Assembly: GCA_043228905.1 (NCBI GenBank)
Contig: JBHGNT010000011.1
Location: 20,956,001 to 21,020,000, forward strand
Length of the DNA stretch: 64,000 nt
DNA from: Azolla caroliniana
Taxonomy: Eukaryota; Plantae; Polypodiophyta
Reading direction: 5' to 3'
Both the position numbers and the translations under genes were made by a program. The notes under the pieces are model-generated. The model saw only the letters and a program-made list of their open reading frames with translations. It did not search any database and had not been told where the DNA came from. Positions 11,501 to 25,200 of this stretch are shown here, in pieces (within the stretch, counting starts at the first letter, position 1; every line of letters begins with the position of its first letter).

Positions 11501-13416
11501 CTGCTACACCATTTTGTACAGGAGTGTAGGGGGCAATATACTCTCCACGAATGCCTCTAGATTCACAAAAAATCCTGAACTCATTAGAGATATATTCACC
11601 TCCATTATCAGAACATAAATCCTTAAGCTTTATTCCTTTTTTCAGTCTCAACCGAGGCAAGCCATTTTCTAGCAATGGGGTATACATCACCCTTTCCCTT
11701 TATGGGATACACCCACACCTTTCTTGTGGCATCATTGATAAATGTAACAAAATACAAAGCTCCACCCAATTATCTAGTAGGCATAGGGCCACATACATAT
11801 GTATGAACTAGATTCAAGGGTTGAGTAGAAGAATCAGAACGAATTTGATGTACACTTCTCATTTGTTTACCATATTGACAATGCTCACAAATTGAAAAAT
11901 TAGAAAATGATAACATGGGTAAATAGCCAAAATGTGACAGAGTTTCCGTTCCACTACGAGACATATGGCCTAAACGACCATGCCAGATACAAGTCATGGG
12001 TTGTTCTATGATAACCAAAAGATGTTCTTTCTAATGGAAAACTAAGGGATAAAGTGAAGCAACTTTGTTCCCTTTGGCAATAACCATATTTCCTTTTGTA
12101 ATACGAAAAGATTTGGAAGCAAATATCACTTTATATCCAGAGTCATCTAGTTGTCCAACAGACATCAAGCTACGAGTTAGCTCAGGCACATGGCGTACAT
12201 TTTGTACAAGAATATGAAAACCATCATAAAATTGTACCATAACATCTCCAATGCCAACCACATCACATTGACGTGAATCTCCAAGCCAAATTGTACCAAG
12301 TGGTTTAGCTTCATATCATGTGAACCACTCTCTATGTGGGGTCACATGGAATGAAGCCCCAGATTCCAACCATGCATGAGTAAGCGAGTGAGCCATATTC
12401 ACCTCAACATAAGTAGCATCATTATCCACGACCAAAATGTCAACATCGTCATCGTATGTAGCATTTATTTCCTCTATTTTCTTTGAGGATGAACCGGTCA
12501 CTTGCATAATATGCCCATCACCATGAGTTTTACCCCTTTCCTTTTCTCTTTCTTTGTTCTTCAAGGCATAACAATCCTTTTTCATATGACCCTTTTTGTG
12601 ATAGTAATGGCATTCCACAAGTCTCTTTCTAGATTTGCTTCTGCTCTTATCCTTTCCATGGTTGTTTCTGGTTTGGCTTCTACCACGTTGTTGGTTCTTG
12701 CCATAACCATAATCTCGTACATTATATGCTTCTCCAACTTGTGAGGTAACCATCGATTTCCTATGTATTTCTTCACCCAATAGTGCTCCACATATGTCAT
12801 TATAGTTCAATTTCCCATTTGGTACACTAGCACTAATAGCGGTGCAAAATGTGTTCCACAAGCTAGGCAAAGTGCATAATAGAAATACACAGTTTAGCTC
12901 ATCATCCATAATCATTTTTTGAGCTTGCAACTGAGACCATAATGCATCAAACTCATTTAGATGAGAAGCAACACTATCGGTGTCCTTCATGCGAATGTCA
13001 TAGAGCTTTCTCATCAAAAACACTTTGTTTGCAACAGTTTCCTTCTCATATGTATTGCATAATTTTTTCCAAAGTTCTTCAGAATTTTTACTGTCTAAAA
13101 CAGTGAAATAGACACTATCCGCCAAGTGCAATCTTATTGTAGACATGGTCAAAGCATCAAGTTCCTCCCAATCATCATCATCCATATCATCTGGTTTCTT
13201 CGTTTTGCCGCCCAAAGGCCTGGTTTGCCTTCATTGAACCAATACATCACGTCTCTGATTCTTCCACAAAGCAAAATTAGATCCATCAAATTTCCGGATC
13301 TCAATATGGTTTTTTCCCAAAAATGAATAGTTCTTACTTGAACTATTGCGACCAACAGAAGTGCTACTAGATGCATCCAACATTTCGGACTCCATGGGAG
13401 TGAATGACAGTATCAA
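8557..13416 (-). pseudogene. Copia gag-pol polyprotein remnants
   Basis: Gag IRKFDGSNFALWK and knuckle CHYYHKKGHMKKDC; protease W.ESGASFH; GAG-pre-integrase WHGRLGH..CEHC; integrase SDNGGEY, PVQNGVAE; RT YKARLVAKGF, QMDVK.AFLHG, YVDDML; RNase H DSDYVG..DSRKSTSGY, CDSQSAI. Split by stops and frameshifts. Confidence 0.95.
9331..10103. mobile_element. GC-rich solo LTR nested in the copia RT
   Basis: Ends tgtc...gaca and is flanked by duplicated acgt (9327-9330, 10104-10107). Removing it restores the RT frame LSQVEYVSKVLKRF. Confidence 0.85.
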
Positions 13417-14256
13417 GCAACAAAATACAATTGGGCAACAAAACTAGTAACTAACTAGCTTATGGCAAATTGTCAAAAAATTGATACCAATATTGTGTGT
13501 AACACACACCACTGAAAGCATATAACTTCCAAAATATCAATGATACTGACTAGCATGCATCTCCCAAATCACAAATTGTAGGCATCTAATATGCTATACA
13601 TTCACATTGATCCCAAATCTCTCTTCCAAATGTGGCAGGGGTCTCTCCCACCACAACTTATTTCCACCAGAAATGTTTCGCAGATGACAAATAAACGTGA
13701 GAGTTTAACCAGGGGAAATACTTGTGAATAGCAGGCTCTTTTCTTCAATGTAGAAGATGTTGGAGATGCCCAACAGCCGATAGATGCTTCAGTCGGGCCC
13801 GGTACTCCAACGCTCGCCGCACGAATCTCCTACGCCGCTACTACAAGTCTCTGACGCTCGTTGCTTCAAACTCCAGAGCTTCCTATCACTGTCTCCCAAG
13901 CTTTGATACCACTGTTATAAATCGGTAGAGTAAAGAGCCAAGAGAGAATTGTTTTGTTCTGCTCCGAATCGTAATGCAAGGACAACAAAGGACGAAGAAG
14001 GAGTTGTGCTCCTTGGTGAGTTGTAGTGTGCATGGCAAAAACAGGGGCGAGCAACAGTAGGATACAACAGACGACGCTCTATACAACAGGAGGGTGGAGG
14101 TTAGAACAGAGAGGAAAGACAGTGAATCGCTGCAACAGAGAGGGGGGGGGGGGGGGGGGGGGACCATATGGAGGAAGTAGGCGACAGTTTTGCCCGTCGT
14201 CCGTTCTTCCTCTCCCTCACTCACTCGCTCACACACACACCAAACTCTCTCCCCAC

Positions 14257-15091
14257 CAAGGTTGTTAGATACGATACGGATACGATACGTATTTAACGTA
14301 TTAATACGCGTATAGTACCTCCCAATTTAAAAATACGTTAAATACGTTTTTTAATATGTTAAATACTTATAAAATACGTATTTTATGTATAGTACGTTAA
14401 ATACTTCTAGAATTTGAAAATTACTTATCTTTCAAAAAAATATTTGTAATATTGTAAAAAGCATCTATGTTTACACAATTTTGTGATGTACATTATAGTT
14501 CTACATCTTAAAATGCATATAAGACATTTGAACATTTCACATCCTAAAATACTTATTAATATGAATGTTGACATTCACTTGTTCTATAAATTAGTGTGTG
14601 ATGTATCACGATGTTCTACTTCAAATTGGAATTATTTACGATTATGCCCTTATAGATTGAAGAATCGTCTACGATTATCACACTCACTTTACGTTTCTTT
14701 CTTCTTTTCTCCCTTCTTCATTATCTTCTTCATCATCCTTCTTCTTCTATCTTCTGTGATTATCACACTTAGAGTCAGGATAGGTTTCCGTCTTCTTTTC
14801 TCTCTTTTTCTTCTTCTTCTTCTTCTTCTTCGTCATCTCTTCTGTTCTTCTTTCTTCCTTCTTTTTGCTTCTTTTTCATTATTATTATTTTTCTTTTGCT
14901 TTTTGTTGGGGTTTGACTTACGTTTTTTTATAAATATGTATTATACCTGTTTTTCAAATGTACGTTAAATACCGTATTGGACAAATGTACATGATATTTG
15001 ACTGAACAACATTGAGGTATAATACGTACTATACAAATTATGAGGTATTATACGTATTTAAACATTAAATACAGGTACGTAAACAACCATG
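14257..15091. mobile_element. Non-autonomous hAT-type DNA transposon (MITE) inside the copia 5' LTR
   Basis: 8-bp TSD ctccccac (14249-14256, 15092-15099). TIRs caaggttgtt / aacaaccatg. Many subterminal atacg/cgtat motifs and a (CTT)-rich core. Confidence 0.85.
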
Positions 15092-15168
15092 CTCCCCACA
15101 AATGGAAGACCAATTTTGGCCTTTTCACACTTAGCATGTATGGGGGATACATGTATAACACGTAGGAA

Positions 15169-15335
15169 TTGGTAACAATTCAGTTTTGGCTTAACTGGTT
15201 TGGGAGAACTCAAACTTTAACCATGCCTAACCAAACCAATCAATGACCGATTAAGCCAAATTGAATACTAAACTGATTAAGTCGAATTGAACCGAACCCT
15301 AAACTTGTTACAGATATTATTGGTTTTAATTTTTG

Positions 15336-15381
<46 letters not shown>

Positions 15382-15510
15382 TTAGGACAATAAGGATAAG
15401 AGACCTTTATTTATATCTCGCCCTCTCTCTCAATTGAAAAGTACATAAATGGGATAAAACCAGTTTTAGTTGGTTAAGCATGGCTCAAGCCAAATTAAAT
15501 TGATGTCAAA
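15169..15510. mobile_element. Possible decayed MITE with an internal (CT)n tract
   Basis: Weak terminal inverted similarity (ttggtaacaattcagttttggcttaa vs reverse complement of tcaagccaaattaaattgatgtcaa), repeated aaccga-like subterminal motifs, (CT)n at ~15339-15376. Confidence 0.3.
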
Positions 15511-16363
15511 GTGGTTACTTGAGATCACTTAATGAATACATCCTTAAGATTCAAATAAACACTCACATCAAAATTCCAGAGTAACATTCATAGAATTCAT
15601 TCGTGAATACAACATATGAGCTCTCAATCTATGACGATGTTTTATGGAATTTCCATATAATCATGATATGCATGAAAATATGAATACATCCACCCACTTT
15701 GATGGAATAGTAGATAATGTGATGTGTTGGCAACGATGACAAAGGGAGGGTCAAGTATTTGTGAGCTATTAGCTCACGAATAAATATATCGTAGACAAAC
15801 GTGAACCTCTTCGACTTTTCTCTTGTGCAAGTTTTGTCCTGGAGCATGATTGGTTGATGTGTAGTGGGATAAATTCTCATTTGTTCAATTGTTTTGGTAA
15901 GTTATTGCATATAACACATAAAAAGGTTTTGTATGTTCATTAATTTTGTTAAGTTATTATGTACTTCTTTCTTCTTGTTGCCACTTTATAAAAGAAAAAA
16001 TTAAAATTGGTCCATAATTACTTAAAATCAATAGTATTTGTTGTAGTTTTCTATTGGCCATAAATACTAAAACATTATCCATTTCATAGTGACCGTCTAT
16101 GTTTGATTCTCATTTTCAAAGTTGTTTTGCTCAAAACCTCTAGAATTTCTACTTCAATCCTATGACACGTAGTTACATGTGGTGGCATGGAAGCCTAAGG
16201 TGTTGGTCTATATAATGGCCCAAGGGGACTAGCTACCCTTTCATTACAACACCTTGAGATGTGATGCATGTCATCTATTATTATGTTTAAACGTTCATGT
16301 TGTATGTGATATGTGTGTTTATTTAAACAAATCAATGGGTCGTTCTAAAGAATGGGCTCTTAT

Positions 16364-16893
16364 ACTATACTTATATATTTAGTCAATGAACATATTCAAA
16401 CAAGGCATAACATTGACAATGATCAATATTGTTGCATATTCCATTTATTTACCAATCTTTAATTTCTTGAGATCACAACTCGTTTATCATTGGGAAAAAG
16501 TATTGCTTGGTTAGTTAGCATGCATAGAACTATACTTATATATTTTGGTAATGCACGTATTCAAACAAGCATAACATTGCCAGTGATCAATATGACAACA
16601 ATTTATGCAACAATTACATAAATATTCCTTTTACCTACCAATCTTTAATTTCTTGAGATCACAACTCGTTTATAATTGGGAAAAATGTATTGCTTGGTTA
16701 GTTAGCATGCATAGAACTATACTTATATATTTAGTCAATGCACATATTCAAACAAGGCATAACATTGATAGTGATCAATATGACAACAATTGTTGCATAT
16801 TCCTTTTGTATACCAATCTTTAATTTCTAGAGATCACAACTTGTTTGTCATTGGGATAAATGTATTGCTTGGTTAGTTAGCATGCATAGAACT
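16364..16893. repeat. Tandem repeat, 3 copies of ~170-185 bp
   Basis: gagatcacaact...gtattgcttggttagttagcatgcatagaact recurs, ending at ~16531, ~16718 and ~16892. Confidence 0.9.
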
Positions 16894-19262
16894 AAGTCAA
16901 ATATGAAATGTGTCTAAAGACAATACGTCATGCAGAAACATGATTGATTCCATAGAATTATAACAAAATATATACATTACAGGTTCAAAATGCACACAAA
17001 AATGATAAAATTATCAATTTATAATTCAAATAAAGAATACGTTGCTTCAATTTTAGAGTTATTTATAATGTTCAGAGAAAGAAGATCATCCACACACATA
17101 CTTTCATGGCTATAGGATTAGCCGATCATGTGCATGTGAAAGCTTCTATTGATGTTAGTGTCACATGTAATCTTGAATACATTACCATGTAATCATGGAT
17201 GAACTATCACAATGTTAGACATCACAAAGATATGTCTTGTACCTTTCTCTCTCGTGATCTTAACTTAAAGACGAGCAAAAATCGCGGTAAAAGAAAACGT
17301 TCAATAGGAAAAAGTTAAACCAAAATTCTTTCAATGGTTTAATTACAATGATGATAAATTTGTCCAACAATAATTCATTGTTCAATATACTTTTGCTAGC
17401 CCACATAACGTTTGCAAGAGGGAAGTATGACATTGCAACACTTATGAAGAACCTCGTGTCCTGTAGTAAACATGCACTACAATGTGAGGAGATTGGGAAG
17501 GGCGTTGTATTTGCAAGTGGCATGAACGCACGTCATATCCTATGGCGATGACAATAACATCTCATGTTATGTATGATATGAAATATGTAGGACCCTTAGT
17601 TACCACGTAAGTAGATTAGACACCTATCCATCCAAAATGGAGAATATACATTTGATCTATAATGATACTTTTAGTAATAGCTTATAGTACATACAAAGCC
17701 TTAATATGAGGTGAAAACCCTCGGCTTGTTTGATTAATTATATATGACACGTGAAAATTGAATAGATGATCTACACCAATACTATTCTTATATCCCTTGA
17801 TAGTTATTGTTGTTTCATTTATTATCATATACATACACATATGTATGTATGACTTATAAGCTTGCATGTCTATATATTATGTATTCGCACATAGATATAT
17901 ATGATTGTACATGGACGTACAAGATATGTATACATATGAACATGTATGTATTTATGCATTTTGTGTCCGTGCTTAGGTTAGAATCATAGTCCATTGATAG
18001 AAAGTAAATTTGTAACTTTTTTGTGCAATGAAGGTTGTCTTCCACCACAACATTTGATACACACCACTACAAATAGGTGTAACATCTTTCATCCTTCCCT
18101 ATCTTTTTACGGGTCATATATGTCATCTTTCCATAAACAATGAATCGAAACAAAAAACCAACATATATCTCTTCCACACAAAAACCTACTTTATCTAATG
18201 TACACTCCAAACCACAAAGAATGGTGGAATTGCAGGTAGAAATTTGCATGAACACAAAATTGATTCTCTTTCCACCTAATGTGAATGGCTATTATTATGT
18301 CTTTTTTTATTTAGTGTCGTGGTAACCATAATTCACATTTAAATTGTTCAAACAAGTCATGATGTGAGGACATAATGGAGTAGGAATTTCACAGATGGAT
18401 AAGGAAACACGGATTTTCTAACGATTTCAAGTCATCGACAAACCTACATGATGTAGATGTGAAAGGTTCTAGCAATTTTCTAGGGTAACCAGGGAGGAAG
18501 TGGTAAGTTATGGCTAATGTATTCCTTGGTGATAACGAGGATAGGCTTATATAGGATGGACATACATGTATGTATATACATATACATGAGAATGATCGAT
18601 TCGTAAACATATACCGACGAGGATGGCTACGACAAGAACAAGAACAAGAACAATAATCATAGTAATAATAATAATAATGATAAGTTATGTAAATATACAT
18701 ATATATTGCTAGTAAAAGTATGGTTTGAAATAAAACCAATTCTGTAGTTTAATTAGTGAGTTTAATAATAATAATAATAATAATGTTTTTGTTTTTTCAA
18801 CTTTAGCTTTCCTAAGCTTCTTTCCTCATGCTCTTCCAATGAAATGTTCCTCTTCTTTTTCGTCATCATTCTCACATAGACACAGAAGAAGACGAAGAAT
18901 AAGAAAACTCTGCACCAAAGCTTCACCTAATTCTCATTAAGCTTCTTTTTTTTTCTTGTTTTGTTTATCTTTTATTTGCAGAAAACCCCACACATTCTGC
19001 TGACTCAAAACCCTACAACTTCTTCTCCCTCCCTGTCTGCATTTGTTTTTTTCAAGAATCAAGAAGAGATTTGCAGCGTCAAATAATTCACATATTTTTG
19101 TTCTTTGCACAGGTATATGTATGTGTGTGCAAATATTCAAAAACTGTATTCATTCATTTATTTTTGCACAGAAATTCTACAAAAGAAGAGTTATAATTTG
19201 ACATAGTTTCTCCCTTTTTTCCTTAGTCTCTTTGGGAGCTTTTCCATATGCAGAGAAGAGTA

Positions 19263-22200
19263 ATGGGAAAACAGGGCCCTTGCTGCCATTGTGGAATATC
19301 TAGTAAGTCATGAAAGTCCTCATTGTCTTAGTCATTCTCTAATGAAATAGACATTTGCCATATGTAAGCATGCATTTATAATGACATATTCATTGCCAGA
19401 AACATGTGTATGCATTTATGCGCACATGCATAGACTTGCTCACCCATACACACACCGATACCCATACTTATATACGCACTGACATCCATAGCCATACACA
19501 GGTGCTTGTGATACATTATATTAAAAAAATTCAAAGAAGAGGGCATGCACATGATCCTCTTATGTCTTTTGAGAAATAGTAAGAATGTAAAGAGTGTTTG
19601 TTTGGAAATTGGAATGCAAACAATTAATGCACTTGGCTTGTGAGATATTCAGAATGCCCTCAATGCCCAACATCTGACCAACTCAAAGTAAATTCGCATT
19701 CGCTTAAGAGCTGGATATATGCAACTGAATAACCAGAAAAACCTTCCCAAACTTATAATCAGAGATAGCAAGTGGTTTGTTGTGAAAAGTTGTCTGATTA
19801 TGAACAAGTCTGTCACTGATGAAGCTCACGCTCAAGTTCATGAGCATTCCTTACCTCCTATGAGATTGTCACAACACTTCTTTTAAAAAAAGTACTCATT
19901 CCTTTAAAGGGTTTGAACTCTTCCTTATTGTTATTAGCCTTTGTTTCCAACGAACCAAGGTTTTTGGGATCAGGCCAAAATCCTTTAGAGACCATTTTTG
20001 CTGAAAGTATCAAAAGGAACCACTTAGGATTAGGGAAGAGGCATTAATCCTCAAAATGAGTTAAACTGAGTAAACTTGGGAAAAGGAACATATGTGTTTC
20101 TGGATGGCTTTCCATATTGGCTGATAATGCATGGCCAGTCCAATTTTTAATTTGGCTTCCTGGAATATAAAAGTCTCATAAAAATTATCACATCCTGAAC
20201 AGGTCACATTTGTTTTGCTATAGGAACGTCTTATTTTCAATGAATTATTCATTTTACACCTGATTACTGGTAAATCAATGTTTTAGATCTCTTTATATGT
20301 TACATGAAATCAAATATTTCTTCTGTAGAAGAAAGAACATATAGTATGTAACAGCTACTTTGATCAATATGTTAGATTTATGTATGTGTTCTCTTGAAAG
20401 GTTCTTGTGTTTCTTAGTCGCATGAAAGAAAATCAAAATAGCATGAGATAGCAATTGACTACTTATTTGGTCCAATCCACATATGGTCTTATTCCTTGCC
20501 CATATAGTCTTTACGTTGAATTCTTATGTTATGCACCTGATGTGCTTTGGTATTGCAAATCTGTGGGGAAGCTTATGTTCTCTAAAGAGAGATAAAGAAG
20601 GAATAGCAGAAATTGAAGGATTATACACAAAAGAAATATAGGATATGGTTATAGAAAGAGAAGACGTTTCAGAAATAAGAGAAGCAAGGGGAAGCAAGAT
20701 TAGTCTTAGGATTCTTCCCTGAATTGCCGAGTCATGTTTGGGGATTATGGCTACATTGTGCATTATACACATCTTCATGTAGCTTTATAGTATATACTAA
20801 TGTATTATGCAATTAGAGAATGTTTGCATTTGGTGTATTAGGTCGGTTGAATTTATAATATCTAAGTGTGTTGGCTTGCATTTCAAAATAATGTTATCCT
20901 TAAAATTGAAGTAAGAGGTTGAGTCTGTTTGAGTTGTGTAGGCACACCCCTATGGAGAAATGGTCCGGCAGAGAAACCGGTTCTATGCAATGCATGTGGC
21001 TCAAGGTGGCGAACAAAAGGTTCTTTGGCCAATTATATGCCAATGCATTCGGGAGGTCTCGGAACAAAAAATAGCTCTACCAAGAAAAACAAACAGAAGA
21101 CTAATGAAGATCGTCCTCATAAGAGAAAGGAGCCTTATAGTGGGTTTTCAGAGTACTGTGTTTATCAGCAGTCAGAGTATCTTTCAAATGGAATGCTTGA
21201 TGATGATGTGAGCACCCGATCAAGTACAGGATCAGGGATATCATTTTCGGAAAGTTGTGCACAACATACCCCTACCGCAGGCAGAGCATCAGGTGCAATC
21301 TTGCCACAGCCTCAACACATTACTTAATGCAAGTTTTAGTTCCTGTCCGTTTATCTTATTTGTGTTTCTATTTAATTTGATATAGAATTCTGGCCACCAT
21401 GGGGTTTTCATGTGCCTTCAAAAAGGCGTACTTCTATGCATCGTCATCGACTTCACATCAAACAATTTTCTTCTTCCTCGCCTACATCAGAAACATTTTT
21501 ATGTAGATATTCATCAGAAGACGATTTGCTGGTTGATTGTAAACCTTTATCAACTGAAATAGGTTTAGGAGGGGTTTTCATTGGATCATCATTGTCCATA
21601 CCTCCAACACAAGACTCACAAGCAAGCTCTCTCATGTATGATAGTAACGACTTGGAAGAATCAGTCGATTTAAATGACAATTTAGTTAGGGAAATGAGTA
21701 TGGACAAAGAATTAGATCAAAGCCTAAAACGTAAAGGAAAGGAGAAAACGAACCAGCTTATAAAGAATGCAGGTGTCAGTTGCACAAATGTTACAAAAAG
21801 CTGGATGGCAAACAAAGCTCTTTTGTAAGTATACCATTATTCTTGTATTAGCGAATCATTGCTTTATCATCTCAGGATTTTCTGTTTTCATGGATATACG
21901 GTTTATCTATATGACATTATTTAATGCTTTATATTTAGAGATGGAAGAGAAAAATTAAAAAGAAAGAAAGTTGAACCAATGTCCAATGCTTCAAATGCAT
22001 ACAGAATAAATTGTAGAAGTGCATTTAATATTTATGCTATGATAGAGTAATGCCCTCAATTGCACCATGATCATCATTCTCTGTAGAGATATTGACCATA
22101 ATGTTGTCAATCAATTATCACAGCCATTGTGATAATAATTGAAAGTTCGCTATTGATCAGTCTGCGTGGAAAGAAGGCTGCAAGACTCTCCCCATGTGCC

Positions 22201-25200
22201 ACCAGCTTCCAAAGTAAGTTATAGGTCAATCAGTCATAGTGAACTCTCTTATCTCAGGTGAAAGTTCGCTATTGGTCAGTCTGCGTGGAAAGAAGGCTGC
22301 AAGACTCTCCCCATGTGCCACCAGCTTCCAAAGTAAGTTATAGGTCAATCAGTCATAGTGAACTCTCTTATCTCAGGTGGAAGTGATGGATAACACATCA
22401 GGTAATTGATTATGTCTGCACCTCCCTTGGGGTTTCAAAATGTCAAGCATCTGACCTTGTGTGAAGGGGTGTTTCGTCATTAAAAGAGATGGTGAAGACC
22501 TCTTGTGGAGACAAGCCATTGTATATTACTAATCCATATTCACTAACCGTGCCAAGAAAGTGTTCACCATATTTTGTTACGTACAGACTCTTGTATCTTG
22601 AACTTGTCAATCTAGGCCAATTAAATGAGAATATGATCATCCTCTGCCTCTGGCAAACTAAACGTGAGAAGTTCTACAGTATCACATCATAATTTAAAAC
22701 ATGACTGAATTTTCACAGAGAGATACGAGTCATGACACACCCAATTTCCAGGCATTCGTGAACACTTATATTTCTATTGAATAAGTTCCTCTGGTGGCAG
22801 GGCTTCTTTCTTTTCTTGGGGCTTTTCTCTCACTTTATTTTTAGGGCGTTAATTATCTGTAAATAAAGTTCAACAGATTTGCTGTATGGATGAATTCTCT
22901 GCCAAGCATAGAAACCAAATGATAGAATAGCTGAATGTTTGTTTGTCTTGGGGTTTGTTGTTATGTACACATAATGTAGGTGAGTGTAGGTCACTAATAT
23001 TTACATAAGTGAAGGGTATGTTCACTAATGTTTGAAAGGGACTAATGTGATTGGATATAAGGAACGGTAGGTGCATTCACTATCATGATCTTGAAAACCA
23101 ATGAATGGAGAGTCTTTTTAGAAAGGTACATATATTCAAGGGGCCTAGGAAGAGGTATAAATATGTGGCTTAGCTACTCTCATAAGCACATTACATCAGA
23201 AGTCTGTTGTCTTAGACACTGGTGGTGCGGGCTAGACTTCCGTCATGACGACCGTGTTAATCTCTTCCAAGGCATTAGTCATCCTAATATCCGGCGGTAT
23301 GGGACGTCGGTGGTAGGTTGGCTATGTCTTGATCATAGCTCAGGGGTGGTCGGGTAGAATGGGTTCTTCTATCTAATCTATTTACCTTTTTTTACTCTAT
23401 TTTGGTCTATTGATTAGTAATAGACTCTTAACATTTGTATCCCTTTGACCTCAACATAAGTCTCAAGTTTTGTTTCAAGTTGTAGAGTTTGGTGATGTGG
23501 CCACTCGTCATTATTTGATAATTCCCTGGTTGAAGGGGGTCTCTTGAATTATGGACAGGCATAATTGTGTGCATGATCCATTTGTTGGGAGGGCTCTCTA
23601 TAAAGGGTCTATTAAACATGTGTTCAAGGATGGGGGCAAATGTGCTCGCCCTTTGTATGAGTATACTTGAAGTCTACGTGGATAGACAATCATCCATCTT
23701 AAAGGCACTGAATATTCTTCTCAAAGAAGCAGATGGGAAAAGAAAGAAGATATATTAATATTAATGTCTTTTAAGAGGCCAAAATGGCCTATAAGACCAA
23801 ACAAGAGATTACATCTGAATTGTTCTTGTCTTTGAGAACAACAAATCAAATAAATGTTACTGAGTAAAAAATAGTAAATAAGATAAAAAAGACTGATGAA
23901 TCTTGCTATTGGTATATCTAAGATTATCAAGTCAGATATATTGTCATTTTTTTCTTCAAAAGTTCTCTAACATAGGTTGATCCAAAATGGGGAGCTCTGT
24001 AAAGCGAGGGAGACACTTGTGATGGCAGGAGATAAATGGCTTTTATTTGTCGATAACAAGGGTGGTGAGATCATGGTCCATGAGGCTGGGTCCTACGTGC
24101 ATGACATATTGCTATTGCCCAATCTATTGTAACCCCTTTGTTATGTCCTGGTTGGGAGCCCATTTGTGTAACCCTTGATTGACATGTAGCATGAGTAGGA
24201 GTGATGGGGCTAAAGAAAGTTGTGATTGTTCTTTGTTGATGAGGTTGTGTGTCTTGACTGTTGTCCTTCAACAACTTTTCCATGTGGACCTTGAGTTCTA
24301 GCAAGAAAAGCTCCAAGCATCATTGGTCCTCATATTGCATTACCTTGCATAGTGGGCCAAAGCCTTGCTTAAAGAGGCAATGGTATCTCCCTCTTATTTC
24401 ATAAAAAATGCTACATGACAAACATAGTGTTCTTTTAGATTCACTCTTTGATGACACAATTGACAATTTTTTTCTTCTAGAGGTATTCATGCATGTCTGC
24501 CTATCTCAATCTCTAACTGATGTGATGAAGTTCGCAACTGCCCTATCACACTGGGCATCGCGTAGGATAAGTGTATGTCTATGCAAGCTTGCCTGATGAT
24601 GAATCCATCCTCCAATGTGTGTAAAAAGTGTCTTATAGTGGGCCATCTTCCTACCAAGTGATATTTTGGGGCTGATCCATGTTATCCTGTTTTCCAAATT
24701 AATAATACTAATTTGGATCACTCTATTCTTTTCCACTTTGGTAGTGTTTAGATGGGGACAATCCAAGCTATATTGGAACGAGGGTTGTGCATTTATGCTT
24801 ATGCCATGTCACTTGAACCATTGTTGCATTTCAGCATACCAACAATGAATGTCTCCATGTTCAAAATTGTTTTTGATGACATAAGTGCCAACCTTGAGTA
24901 CCTTCGTTTAGGGAGCTCCCAAAGCTGTTGGATATAGGTCACTGATCCGAATAATGCCGAGATGATTCTAGAGGCTGCTCTCATCTCTGCCTGGATTATA
25001 TCATGGGGCACTCATGCTTTGCCCGGATTGTATCATGGAGATAAAGATACATTTACATCCATTAGGAGCAAAATTGTCCTATGAGACAAATTTCAATTTA
25101 TCCATACTGAGAAAGTAAAAGCTCACGTTTTCCTAAATATCCAAAAGAATGAATTTAATGCATGAAGTGGCTTTACAACTGGTAATAATTATGGAGATGG

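Larger units (their letters stand above)
8160..15160 (-). mobile_element. Ty1/copia LTR retrotransposon (Tnt1/Tork-like), decayed, with two nested insertions
   Basis: 5' LTR at 13913-15160 (TG...CA) interrupted by a MITE. PBS tggtatcaaagc (tRNA-Met) at 13900-13911. PPT tgggagat abuts the 3' LTR at 8413, and the 3' LTR is truncated near 8160. Domain order is gag-PR-INT-RT-RH. Confidence 0.95.

Noticed and set aside
14483-14968. 161-aa hydrophobic ORF that looks like a membrane protein
   Set aside because: It lies inside the hAT MITE and comes from a (CTT)-rich tract.
17260-18330. Short ORFs upstream of the GATA gene
   Set aside because: No recognisable motifs or consistent splice structure; probably decayed repeat DNA.
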